A DNA stretch of 64,000 nt from Chiloscyllium plagiosum. Lineage: Eukaryota. Numbering within the stretch: position 1 is the first letter of the stretch; every line of letters begins with the position of its first letter. The translations under genes and the position numbers were made by a program. The stretch is taken from the NCBI RefSeq assembly GCF_004010195.1, contig NC_057718.1, positions 43,523,970 through 43,587,969 of the forward strand, read 5' to 3'. This document shows, piece by piece, positions 26,387-37,170 of this stretch. Below the pieces are notes generated by a model. The model did no database searches. It was not told the origin of the DNA and saw only the letters and a list, made by a program, of their open reading frames with translations.

Positions 26387-26959
26387 TATCTACCATTCGG
26401 CATGTATGACATGTACAGCAAAAGTTAACCACATCCTTGTGCATTCCAGACCAATAAAAATGTTTTTGTACCATAGCCTGAGTCTTTTTTACCTCTAGGT
26501 GACCTCCTACAGGTAGTTTATGTGCTACCTGTAACACTTCCTGTCCATATGCTACTGGCAACACAATCTGTGCACTTTAGCCCCATTTCTCCTCTGCACT
26601 AACCTGCCGTGGTCTCTATTTCCATCTTAGGATTCTATCTTTCAGGTAATAACCCTCAGAAATATTCTCTGCCTCCTTTTCAGAGTACGCACTCAAGTAT
26701 ATATCTTTCATTGTCTTGTCTTTCTGGTGCAAGTCCCTTAACCTTTCAGGACTAAATATTTCTGTCAGACTGTCTGCCTGTTTCGGTTTTTCCTGCACCA
26801 TTACGTCAAACAGGATGACCGTTAACTGAACCTCAACTCCTTCATCTTTCTCTTTAGTTTTCATTTCGTGCTGTGACTTATGATAGTGGGTCCTGGTTAC
26901 TACATAGTCTGGAAAAATACCAGAATATTTCTGTTTTAACTTCTCAGTTTCTTGGTCTT

Positions 26960-27290
26960 CCTTGGGCTTCTCCACAACAAGGGGTGTCACTCCCACTTTG
27001 GACCCTGCTAAATCATTCCCAAGAACTAATTGAATTCCTGGAACTGACACTCTGCAATCACTCCCACTGTAACTTCTCCAGTCTTGAGTTGGCACTCCAA
27101 CCTGATCGTACATAGGGGAATGCTAACTTTCTGTTCATCTATCCCACAAATTATCAAATTCTTGGGTAACAGATCAGAAAGAGTGCAAATTTGCTCATCT
27201 CTTAATATTCGTGACTGCTTAGATCCTGTATCTCTCAAAATTATAACTTCTTTCCCTGTTCTTTCTGAGTAAACTTTACCCACAGAGGTG
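26960..27290 (-). pseudogene. Aspartic protease remnant
   Basis: ILRDTGS catalytic motif and downstream LVLGNDL. Confidence 0.8.
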
Positions 27291-27459
27291 AATTCTTTAT
27301 AGCGATCAGGTACTGGCTCCTTACCCAGCCCCTACCTAGGCTGTGCACTCTCCTGCAGCTCCTCAGCTCTTCTTGGGGTTTCCATTACTACTTTCACTGA
27401 TGCCACTGGCTTAGTTTCTTTTACTACATCTGGTCCCACAGTGCCTTTCCTTAATGACC

Positions 27460-28495
27460 AGCTCTGTGACTATATGTGTCCCACTTTACCATAGTAGAAA
27501 TATCTGAGGCTTTTCACCTCCTTTCCACCCTCTTGGGCTACTTTTTTATCTTGTGGTAAATTCTTTCCAATGTTCTCTACTCTTTGTTTCAGAGTGTAGA
27601 ATCTCCACTTCTCCCAATTTCTATCCCTCACAGGGTAAAGTTCTGGCCGGAAGCTTGCCTTATGCACCAACATGTTTTCATCTGTTAATTTTGCTGCCCT
27701 TCTCACTTCCTGAACTTTCTGTTCTTCCACATGAATTTTTACCATCCCTGGAAGTAAGTTTTTAAACTTCTCCAGCAGAATAATCTCCCTTCAAGCCTCG
27801 TAAGTCCTATATATTTTTAAAGGACGCACCCATCTATCAAAATGACTATGTTTAATTCTTTTGAACTCAACATAAATCTGACTTGTTTCCTTCTATATGT
27901 TTCTGAACTGCTGTCTATATGCTTCTGGTACCAATTCATAAGCGCTTAAAATAGCCTGTTTGACCTCTTCATTATCTCTTGACTCCTTATCTGACAGCAT
28001 GGCAAATACCTCACTAGCTCTGTCTACCAGTTTAGTTTGAACTAGCGTTACCTATAAATCCTCAGACCACTCCATCTGCCTAGCCAATTTTTCAAATGAA
28101 ATAAAGAAGGCTTCAACATCTTTCTCATCAAAATGTGGCAGAGTTTTGACATACTTATATATATCACTATGTTCTCTTTTAATCTCCATCATGTTAACTT
28201 GAGTTTGCTGACTAACTTGCAACTTCTCAAGTTCAAATTCTTTCTCTTTTTGCTCAGCTGAGAACCTTCTCTCTCTCTTTTTCCACCCTCTCTCTCCTTC
28301 TCGCTCCCTTTTCTCTTTCTCTTTTTGCTCAGCTAAGAACCTTATCTCTCTTTTTAATTTTCTAAGTCTATTTTCCTCAACTGTAATTTAAGTTTTTCTA
28401 CCTCTCCTGCACTTGTCTGTTTCTCTGATATACCAAAATGTTTGAGTAACTCCTTTGTAATATCAGCTTTACGTTTGTCCTTGGTTAAACCAACT
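27460..28495 (-). pseudogene. Gag remnant with SCAN-like capsid region and degenerate zinc knuckle
   Basis: LPHFDEKDVEAFFISFEKLA..AILSAYELVPEAYRQQFR..FDRW..LLEKFKNLLPGMVKIHV..YFYYGKVGH. Confidence 0.8.
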
Positions 28496-28501
28496 TGTTG
28501 C

Positions 28502-28804
28502 TGGCTTGACAGTTCTCCCCCTAACTGTTCAAAATGTCTGTTTTTATATCCCAAAACATTGTTCCCATTAGTTTTAATATTATCAAAATACTAAACTCAA
28601 ATTTGATTGGATTTTCGTATCTTGGGGCATAAATCAAACTGATTGGCCAGAATTTGAATTTGTTTTTGTATCATGGCAACCTCATCTGCTGCTAGCTGTT
28701 TCAACTAAGTGTTGCATTGTTACCTTGTTCTGGACTCTCTGCACTTTGTCCTTGCTAGCTTTTCAACACCCTTAAATGTACAGTACCTCTACACTTTCAT
28801 AACA
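28502..28804 (-). repeat. Truncated 5' LTR of the Gmr1-like element
   Basis: Similar to 23086-23380 and fused directly to gag sequence at about 28495. Confidence 0.8.
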
Positions 28805-29149
28805 CTTTCTATAACTAGGCAACCAGAACTGGACACAGTATTCTAGAAGAGGCCTCAGCAATGTCCTTTACAACCTCAACATGATTCTATTCTTGAAGAT
28901 CAGGCTATAATATCTTGGATACTAAGTTGTAGGTGAAGAATAAATAAGCATGTAATCTTTGCAACAAACTGGCTTAACATGATCTGCCTGTTGAAATTGT
29001 GAATCAATATTATTGAATCAATTAAAAGATACTGTTCCTGCATGGAGCAAATTTTAAGAGAAAGGTTGCATGGTCTCTTAAAGTTCATCAAAAAAGAAAA
29101 TTAGGGAATACAAATGTGGGCATCTCAGTTTCGTGAAAAATGATCATAC

Positions 29150-30390
29150 CAACACACAAATTAGAAACAGAGTTAGACCATTCAGCCACTCAAACCTATT
29201 CCACCATTCAGTAAGATAACGGATGTTCTGTTGGTGTTCTGAATTCCACATTCCCATCTACCCCCAATAACCTTAGATTCTTGTTAGACAAAGAAATCAA
29301 TTCACCTCTGCCTTAAAAGTATTCAATAACCCCGTCTAGATTAGAGTGGTGCTGGAAAAGCACAGCAGGTCAGGCAGCATCTGAGGAGCAGGAAAATCGA
29401 CATTTCGGGCAAAAGCCCTTCATCAAGAATCCCGTGCCCATTGCTTTCTGTGGCAGGCTTCCAAAGTTGCACAATCCTCTGACAGAAATACATTTCTCCT
29501 CATACATATCCTCAAAAAGAACAACTCCTCATTTTTATACAGTGCTCCCTAGTTCCAGACTAGAGGAAATGCCTTTTACATATCTGTTTTGTTACGATCA
29601 TTCAGCACCTTATATAATTTAACACATTATGCCTCACTCCTTTAAACTCTAGTGAAAATAAACAGATCCTGTCCCATCTTTGCAATTTCAATTTCATAAA
29701 CTTCTTCTGAACCATCCTCAGTACATTTATGATCTCAAAAGAGACCAAAACTGCACACTACAGGTGAAATGTGCTCTCAATCATCTCCCATATAACTGAA
29801 GCATAACATTCTAAGTTTTATGTTCAATCGTCTTGTAATAATGGATAATCTTCCATTTGCCTTTTTAATCATTGTAGCTGCATCCTAACTTGTTGTGACT
29901 CATATATGAGAACACTTAAATCTCTCTGCATTCTGGAACTCTGCAGTTATTCTCCATTTAAATAACACTCTGTTTTATTTATCTTTCCTGTAGTAGTGAA
30001 CATCTTCATATTTTCCAAAATTATGCTCAACTGTCAGATTCAACCTATCAACCTGTCTGGGGACTTAACCTATCTAGATTGACCAGCATTTGTATTATGT
30101 CACCTTCACAACATATTTTCTGACCTGTTCTTGTGTAGTCTGTAAATGTAACCACCATGTCTTGTCTTTGATACCCTTATTTAAGTCATTGGTAAATACT
30201 AGAAAGAATTGAAGGTCCAGAATAGACCTTTGCAGCATCCCATTGGTTACATGCTGCCAATCTGAAATAGAGGCATTTATGCATACTTGTTTTCTGGCAG
30301 ACAACGGCCAATTTTCTTTCTATGTGAGTATGTAACTATCTAAGCTATGAGCTCCTACTTTGCACAGTATCCTTTTAGGTGGAATCTTGT
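29150..30390 (-). mobile_element. Degenerate CR1 LINE containing a solo Penelope pLTR (about 29337-29430)
   Basis: Minus-strand SDWQHVTNG..Q.SIL..FTNDL motif and a CR1 tail near 29160-29220. Confidence 0.65.
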
Positions 30391-31263
30391 CAGCAACAAA
30401 GGCCTGTTTGTCATGTTCAAAGATCGGACTGTTGATCTCTTACATATGTTATCGTGGCCTATCCTTGTATGCAGCGACCACTAAATTCCATAGAGCATTT
30501 GGGACATGACAAACATGGAGCGGCTATCTGTTTCTACCTCCTGTGGAGCAGTTACGTCACCAGAATCCCAGCAGGCTTGTTGTAAGTCTTTGTAATGAGC
30601 CAGAGTATATACTCCATCGATTATAGAATCAAAAGGAAGTAGGAAGATAGGAGTCATTTGTGACGAGATATTTGCTCAAGGGAAAAGCACTGGCACAAAT
30701 TATGCTGCCAACATTAAATGACACACATATCTGACATGATAAAAGGAGTATATGATAACTGTATGATGATATGATTTAGGAGGCTAGAAAAGAGTAAACC
30801 TTAAAATAGTAAAAGACAGAGTGTCAGGAACAGTGCAGGAGACAAAAGTGAGAGGGTGATCATCGTCCAAGTTTCGAGGTCCTCTGAATGATAGGCTCTT
30901 ACTGTTATGATGCTGGATATAATTGAAAGGCATCCCATATGTAAGACACAAGTATTTATTTTTGTTTTGAAGCTATAAGGATCTCCAGTTAAGTGTGAAA
31001 CATTCTGTAACAAGCACTGGAAGTTATATTAACACTGTTGTTCAGGGAAGAGGGGAGGGAGAAAACATCAGTTATTGGGGAAATTGCCAGGATCTATTAT
31101 TTAGAAATCTTGGCAATACTACCATAAAATTAAAAGAATTATAATCAGGTAAAGCCAAGATGGTTTTATGAAAGGAAAGTTCTGTTTGACAAATCTGAGA
31201 ATTTTTGAGACTGTAACTAGCAGCGTTGATAAAGGGGAAATCAGTCAATTTAGTATGTTTATT

Positions 31264-31578
31264 TGATTAGGTTCTCTCCCATATGGAAACAGGCCATTTG
31301 GCCCAATATGTCCACACCAAACCTCCGAAGAGTAACTCTCCGAGACCCATTTCCCACTGACTAATGCACCTAACACGATGAGCAATTTAGCATGGTCAAT
31401 TCATCTAACCTGCACATGTTTGGACTGTGGGAGGAAACTGGAGAACCCGAAGGAAACCCACACAGATACGGGGAGAATGTGCAAACTCCCCACAGACAGT
31501 CGCCCAAGGCTGAAATTGAACCCGGGTTGCTGGTGCTGTGAGGCAGCAGTGCTCGCCACTAAGCCACTGTGCTGTCCC
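31264..31578 (-). mobile_element. tRNA-derived V-SINE (HE1-like)
   Basis: Reverse complement resembles 44013-44363: A/B-box head, gtttgcacattctccccgt core, CR1-like tail. Confidence 0.85.
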
Positions 31579-32116
31579 AAATGCAGTTGATAAAATAATT
31601 TGATAAGTTGATAAATGAAAGATAAATACATAAGAAAAGGGCTAATGGAGGTGAGGTTAATATATTAGTATGGATAGAGGTTTGTTTAATTGATAGGAAC
31701 CAGAATCGGGTTAAATGGGGCAATTGGCAATCAAGTTGGCAGGCTTTGACTAGTGCAGTGCTGGCATACCAGTTATTTAGAATTTACATTAATGACTTGG
31801 ATCAAGAAACCAAGGGTAATGTATTTAAATTTTCTGATGATATAAAGCTAAATGGAAATGTAAACTCTGAGAAGGACACTTATTGGTGCAAAGAAATGCA
31901 GACTCCTCAAGGAGTGGAAGCAAGATTCCAGATGGAGTATAATGGGGGGATATGTCAGGTTATACATTTGTTCATAAGGTTGGAGAAACAGCGTTTTTTA
32001 AAATGGCTGAGGTTTCTGAATCTTGCTGTTAAAAGGGATTTGCTATGTTTCTTTTATGAGCACATCCAAGTTAGCAAGCAATTACACCAAGCAATGAGAA
32101 AACCAATGAAATGTTG

Positions 32117-32333
32117 CATATCACACAACACCAGGTTATAGTCCAACAGGTTTAATTGGAAGCACTAGCTTTCGGAGCACCGCTCCTTCATCAGGTGGTT
32201 CATCAGGACAACCACCTGATGAAGGAGTGGCGCTCCGAAAGCTAGGGCTTCCAAAAAAACCTGTTGGACTATAACCTGGTGTTGTGTGATTTGTAACTTT
32301 GTACACCCCAGTCCAACACTAGCATCTCCAAAT
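32117..32333. mobile_element. Fold-back Penelope-derived insertion of a distinct family, with 12-bp TSD
   Basis: aatgaaatgttg at 32105-32116 and 32334-32345; inverted arms atcacacaacaccaggttatagtcc / ggactataacctggtgttgtgtgat. Confidence 0.85.
32163..32197 (-). ncRNA. Minimal type I hammerhead ribozyme motif
   Basis: Minus strand reads cac-CTGATGA-a-ggagc-ggt-gctcc-GAAA-gcta-gtg: stem I cac/gtg, palindromic AGCT, CUA triplet. Mirror copy on + at 32213-32247. Confidence 0.75.
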
Positions 32334-33464
32334 AATGAAATGTTGGCCTTTATTGCAAAGGGTTTAGAGTACAATAATAAAGAAGTCTTGCTAAAATTGA
32401 GCAGGGCTTTGGAAAGACCACATCTTGAGTACATTGAAAACATTTTGTCTCAGTATGTAAGGAAGAATAGATACAGTTTGGAGGCGGTAGAACAAAGGTT
32501 CATTGTGTTGATTCCTGGGAAAACAGGGTTGTCCTGTGATCAGAAACTGAGTATATTGGGCCTATATTGCCTGAGATTTAGAAGAATGAGAGGCAATTTC
32601 ATTGAAATAGATGAAGTTCTGTATGAACTTGACAGGATAGACATTGAGAAGCTATTTCCTGTTGCAAGAGAATCTACAATTTGGGGACAGTCTTTAGGAC
32701 AAGGGGTGATTATTTAGCACTAGAATGAGAAGAAATTTCTTCACTCAAACGACTATAAATCTTACAAATTCTGTATGCAAGAGTGTTGTGGATTATACAT
32801 ATTTGAATATGTTTAAAATGAGAAAAACAGATGTTTGGTCTGCTAGGAATCAAAAGATATGAGGAGCAGCCAAAAAATGGAATTGAGACTGAAATCAACC
32901 ATGATCATTTTTACTGAGAGAAAAGGTTTGGTGGGTTGTCTGGTCTACTCCAGCTCCCTTTCTTAAATGTTCTTATTGTTTTCTAATAATATACTCATTA
33001 ATATTCTTGCCAAGTACATGCAGCATTTTTCCTGTGCTCTGTTCATTGTATAACTAGGACATGGGAAAAGGTAGCTCTCAATAGACAACCTTATATTCAT
33101 TTTCCCCTTCAAATAACAGTACACAGAGGATCACTTTACAATGAAGCCAATATGGTAATGTCAAGAAATCAAACATTTATCTGCATCATTCAATGCTGCT
33201 GTACATCAAATAATCAGAATAAAAGTCCTTTGAATTTTAGGATGGTCACAGGATTGAAAGTGGCTGCATATGTGAAGTTGATTATTTCCTCTAAACTGGG
33301 AAAGCTGATACACGAGTACACTTGTGATGAATTAATCTGTTTGTTCAGTCAGTTAATTGAATATTAATGATAATTTGGACCACACAAAATGTATAACCTC
33401 AGTTCTATAGTAGTGCACAATAAAGTGACTGTAGCAACATTTGTTTCCCATTTTGGTTGGAATA

Positions 33465-34880
33465 CTTCCATACTTCAAGAAAGGGAATAGGGATAATCCT
33501 AGAATTAGAGACCAGTCAGTCTTATGTCTGTAGTGGGCAAAGTGTTGGAAAGGATTCTGAGAGAGAGGATTTATGATTCCTTGGAAAACCATAGTTTGAT
33601 TAGAGTTAGTCAGCATGACTTTGTGAGGGCAGTTCATAACGCACAAACCTTATTGAATTTTTTGAGGATGTGACAAAACACGTTGATGAAGGTAGAGCAG
33701 TGGATGTGGCGTACAAGGATTTTAGTAAAGCATTTGATAAGGTTCCCCATGGTGAGCTCATTCAGAAAGTGAGGAGGCATGGGATACTGGGAAATCTGCT
33801 GTCTGGGTACAGAATTGGCTGGCCCATAGAAGTCAGAGGGTGGTGGTAGATGCAAAGTATTCAGCCTGGAGCTCGGTGACCAGTGGTGTTCTGCAGGGAT
33901 TGGTTCTGGGACCTCTGCTCTTTGTGATTTTTATAAGTGACTTGGATGAGGAAGTCGAAGGATGGGTTAATAAGTTTGCCGATGACACGAAGGTTGGTGG
34001 AGTTATGGATAATGTGGAGGGCTGTTGTAGGGTTCAACAGAATGTAGAACTGGGCTGATAAGTGGCAGATGGAGTTCAACCTGGAAAAGTGTGAAGCCAT
34101 TCACTTTGGAAGGTTAAATTTGAATTCATAATACAGGGTTAAAGGCAGGATTCTTGGCAGTGTGGAGGAACAGAGGGATCTTGGAGTCCGTGTCCATAGA
34201 TCCCTCAAGGTTGCCACCCAAATTGATAGGATTGTTAAGAAGGCGTATGGTGCATTGGCTTTCATTAGAGGGGGATTTATTTTAAAAGCTGCGAGGTTAT
34301 GCTGCAGCTCTATAGAGCCATCGTTAGACCACACTTGGAATATTGTGTTCAATTCTGATTGCCTTATTATAAGAAAGATGTGGAAGCTTTAGAGAGGGGT
34401 GCAGAGGAAATTTACCAGGATGCTGCCTGGACCGGAGGACATGTCTTATGAAGAAAGGTTGAGGGAGTTAGTGCTTTTCTCATTGGAGCGAAGAATGATG
34501 AGAGGTGACTTGATTGAGATGTACAAGATGTTGAGAGGCATAGCTAGAGTGGATAGCCATAAACATTTTCCCATGATGGAAATGTCTATCACAAGGGGGC
34601 ATAATTTTAAGGTAATTGGTGGAAGGTTTAGGGGAGATGTCAGAGGTAGGTTCTTTACACAAAGAGTGGTGGGTGCATGGAATGCAATGCCAGCAGTGGT
34701 AATACAGTCAGATACATTAGGGACATTTTAGTAACTCTTGGATAGGCACATGGAAGATAGTACAATGAAGGGTACATAGTTTACCTAATCTTAGAGTAGG
34801 ATAAAAGGCCGGCACAACATCGAGGGCCAAAGGGCCTGTACTGTGCTGTACTGTTCCCTGTTCTATGTACTATGTTCATA
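33465..34880 (+). mobile_element. CR1 LINE, 5'-truncated, best preserved copy in the window
   Basis: RPVSL, DFSKAFDKVPH, SVTSGVLQGLVLGPLLF, KFADDTK, MQRKFTRMLPG, FFTQRVVGAWN; tail gggccaaagggcctgtactgtgctgtactgttc. Confidence 0.92.
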
Positions 34881-35178
34881 GAGGCCTGTGCCTCTGTTCC
34901 AACACACCGTGGCCCCTTATGCAATCTGTGGCACTGTATGCTGATCTAACCATCTTCTATGGCCATTCATATTCCATGCCACACAATGTCCAAATGCCAA
35001 TGTCCAGTAATCCCTCATAACCCTTATGTCCTCCATCAGTCCTTATGTAACCCCTTTGCCAATTCACTGTTAATTGATATCTTCCACCCGGCTACTTTGA
35101 CGTTCCCTCTCCATGTCAACTCAACTAATATTCCTATTTGGAATTCATCAGGATTAGTGCTGACAGAAAATAATTTCA

Positions 35179-35643
35179 TTCTGGATTAGTGGTGCTGGAA
35201 GAGCACAGCAGTTCAGGCAGCATCCAAGGAGCTTCGAAATCGACGCTTCGGGCAAAAGCCCTTCATCAGGAATAAAGGCAGTGAGCCTGAAACGTGGAGA
35301 GATAAGTAGCATAGAGTACAATGGGTGAGTGGGAGAGGAGATGAAGGTGATAGGTCAGGGAGGGGAGGGTGGAGTGGATAGGTGGAAAAGGAGATAGGCA
35401 GGTAGGACAAGTCGTGGGGACAGTGCTGAGCTGAAAGTTTAGAACTAGGGTGAGATTGGGGAAGGGGAAATGAGGAAACTGTTGAAGTCCACATTGATAC
35501 CCTGGGGCCTTTATTCCTGATGAAGGGCTTTTGCCCAAAACGCCGATTTCAAAGCTCCTTGGATGCTGCCTGAACTGCTCTGCTCTTCCAGCACCACTAA
35601 TCCAGAATCTGGTTTCCAGCATCTACAGTCATTGTTTTTACCT
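35179..35643. mobile_element. Fold-back Penelope pLTR insertion with 14-bp TSD
   Basis: agaaaataatttca at 35165-35178 and 35644-35657; opposed pLTR arms (about 35179-35280 and 35507-35608) around a purine-rich spacer. Confidence 0.88.
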
Positions 35644-35959
35644 AGAAAATAATTTCAATTTATCATGTCACTGTTGAAACAATGAAGCCTTCAAAACCCC
35701 TTCAACTAATCTTTTATAAAAAGAAACATTTTCTCGGAAATGTTTAATCCTCTATGTGAACAAACATTTCCATTCTTTAAGCAGTTACAACTGCCCATCA
35801 AAACGCTCACTTGATAGGACCCCAATGAAAGTGATATTTTGAGAAACCAATCATATAGCAGGATAGTTGAGATACCCAACACTGTTTTTCTTTAACTTCA
35901 CACATTATTTGAACAGTTCCTTGATAATCTTTGGCAATCCCAATCTTCATTTTACTGCT

Positions 35960-37170
35960 TACACGAGATTGTCAACAATGCTATGAAGTAGTATTTGCTC
36001 AGCATTCATTGATGGTCCATTTGGTTTCACCGGGATCACTCAACCACTTACCTCATCACTGCTTTGGTCTAAACATGGATAATAGTGCTGACCTCCAGTG
36101 GGCAAGTGAGACTGACTGCCCTTGATGTCAAGTTGGTATTTGACTGTGTTGAATTAAAGAACCCAAGCAAAACTGAAGTCAATGGGAATTGGGGCACATT
36201 TTTCACTGGTTGGAATAAAATCTAGCCTAATAAAGATGGTTGTGGTTCTTGGACATCAGTCTACTCAGCTCTGGGAAATTACTGCAGGAGTTCCTCCAGA
36301 ATGTGTCCTTAGCCCAACTATCTGTTGATGCATCATCAATGACCTACTTTCCAATATAAGGTCAGAAGTGAAGATGGTCATTGATGTTTTCACAATCATC
36401 AGCACTATTCGTGACTCTTCAGATATTGAAGCAGCTTGTATTCAAATGCAGAAGACCTAGACAACATTTAAGCTTGGTCTGATAGGTGGAAAGTACGATT
36501 TGTGCCTCACAGAAACTAGGCAATGACCATTTTCAACAAAAGAGAACCTAACCAGCTCCCCATGACAATCAATGGAGTTACTTTTGCTGAATCCCACACT
36601 ATCTTGAATGCACCAGCCATCTAAATAATATCAACAGATAGGCATTCTGTGGCAAATCTCATGTCTTTTAAATCCCTGTCTACTCTACACAAGGTGAGAA
36701 TACTCTTCCCTTGCCTTGAGGGTTGCAGCTCCAACAACACTAAGGACGATTGACTTCCTTCAAGACGTAACATCCCATTGAATTGGCCCTCAATCTACCA
36801 TCTACAACATTCACTCCATTTGCCACTGACATGCAGTGACAGCAATGTGAACTATTTAGAAAGTGTATTGCAATAACTCATCAAGTCTCCAACAACAGTA
36901 TCTTCCAAAACTGACACCTCTGCCACCTAGATGAACATGGACAGCATATGCATGGAACACCACCACACGCCGTGCTCACCTTGAAGAGGTGTAACTAGCT
37001 CAAAATCCTAGCATTTTCTTCCTAATAGCACAATGTGTGTTCCCACATCGTAATGTCTGAAGCAATTCAAAAAGTCAGCTCACCCATCTTTTCCAGGGTA
37101 TTTAGAGATGGATAGTAAATGCTGTTCAGCCACTAATATATAGTTTCCATGAATGGATAAAGATAAACAA
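35960..37170 (+). mobile_element. Degenerate LINE (CR1/L2 clade) RT and 3' tail
   Basis: LDVKLVFDCV and AGVPPECVLSP..INDL-like RT remnants; tail shared with the Deu-core SINE. Confidence 0.65.

Larger units (their letters stand above)
24990..26570 (-). pseudogene. Gypsy integrase remnant (HHCC, DDE core, GPY/F-like end)
   Basis: AHKLPVGGHLEVKKT..CHTC; DCVGPLP..YLLTIMDMSTRFSEAIP; QGSNFT; SAYHPESQGASERWH; CPVNMLK near 25000-25030. Confidence 0.9.
20708..28804 (-). mobile_element. Gmr1-type Ty3/gypsy LTR retrotransposon, decayed (gag-PRO-INT-RT-RNaseH), with three nested Penelope insertions
   Basis: Termini tgttaca...cataaca; imperfect 4-bp TSD attt/cttt; homologous LTR ends at 23086-23380 and 28502-28804; PPT at about 23381-23395; domain motifs listed in the sub-features. 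Confidence 0.9.
31020..32980 (+). mobile_element. Degenerate CR1 LINE with nested SINE and Penelope hairpin
   Basis: YINDLD..KFSDDIKL; MLAFIAKGLEY..LERPHLEY motifs. Confidence 0.75.
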
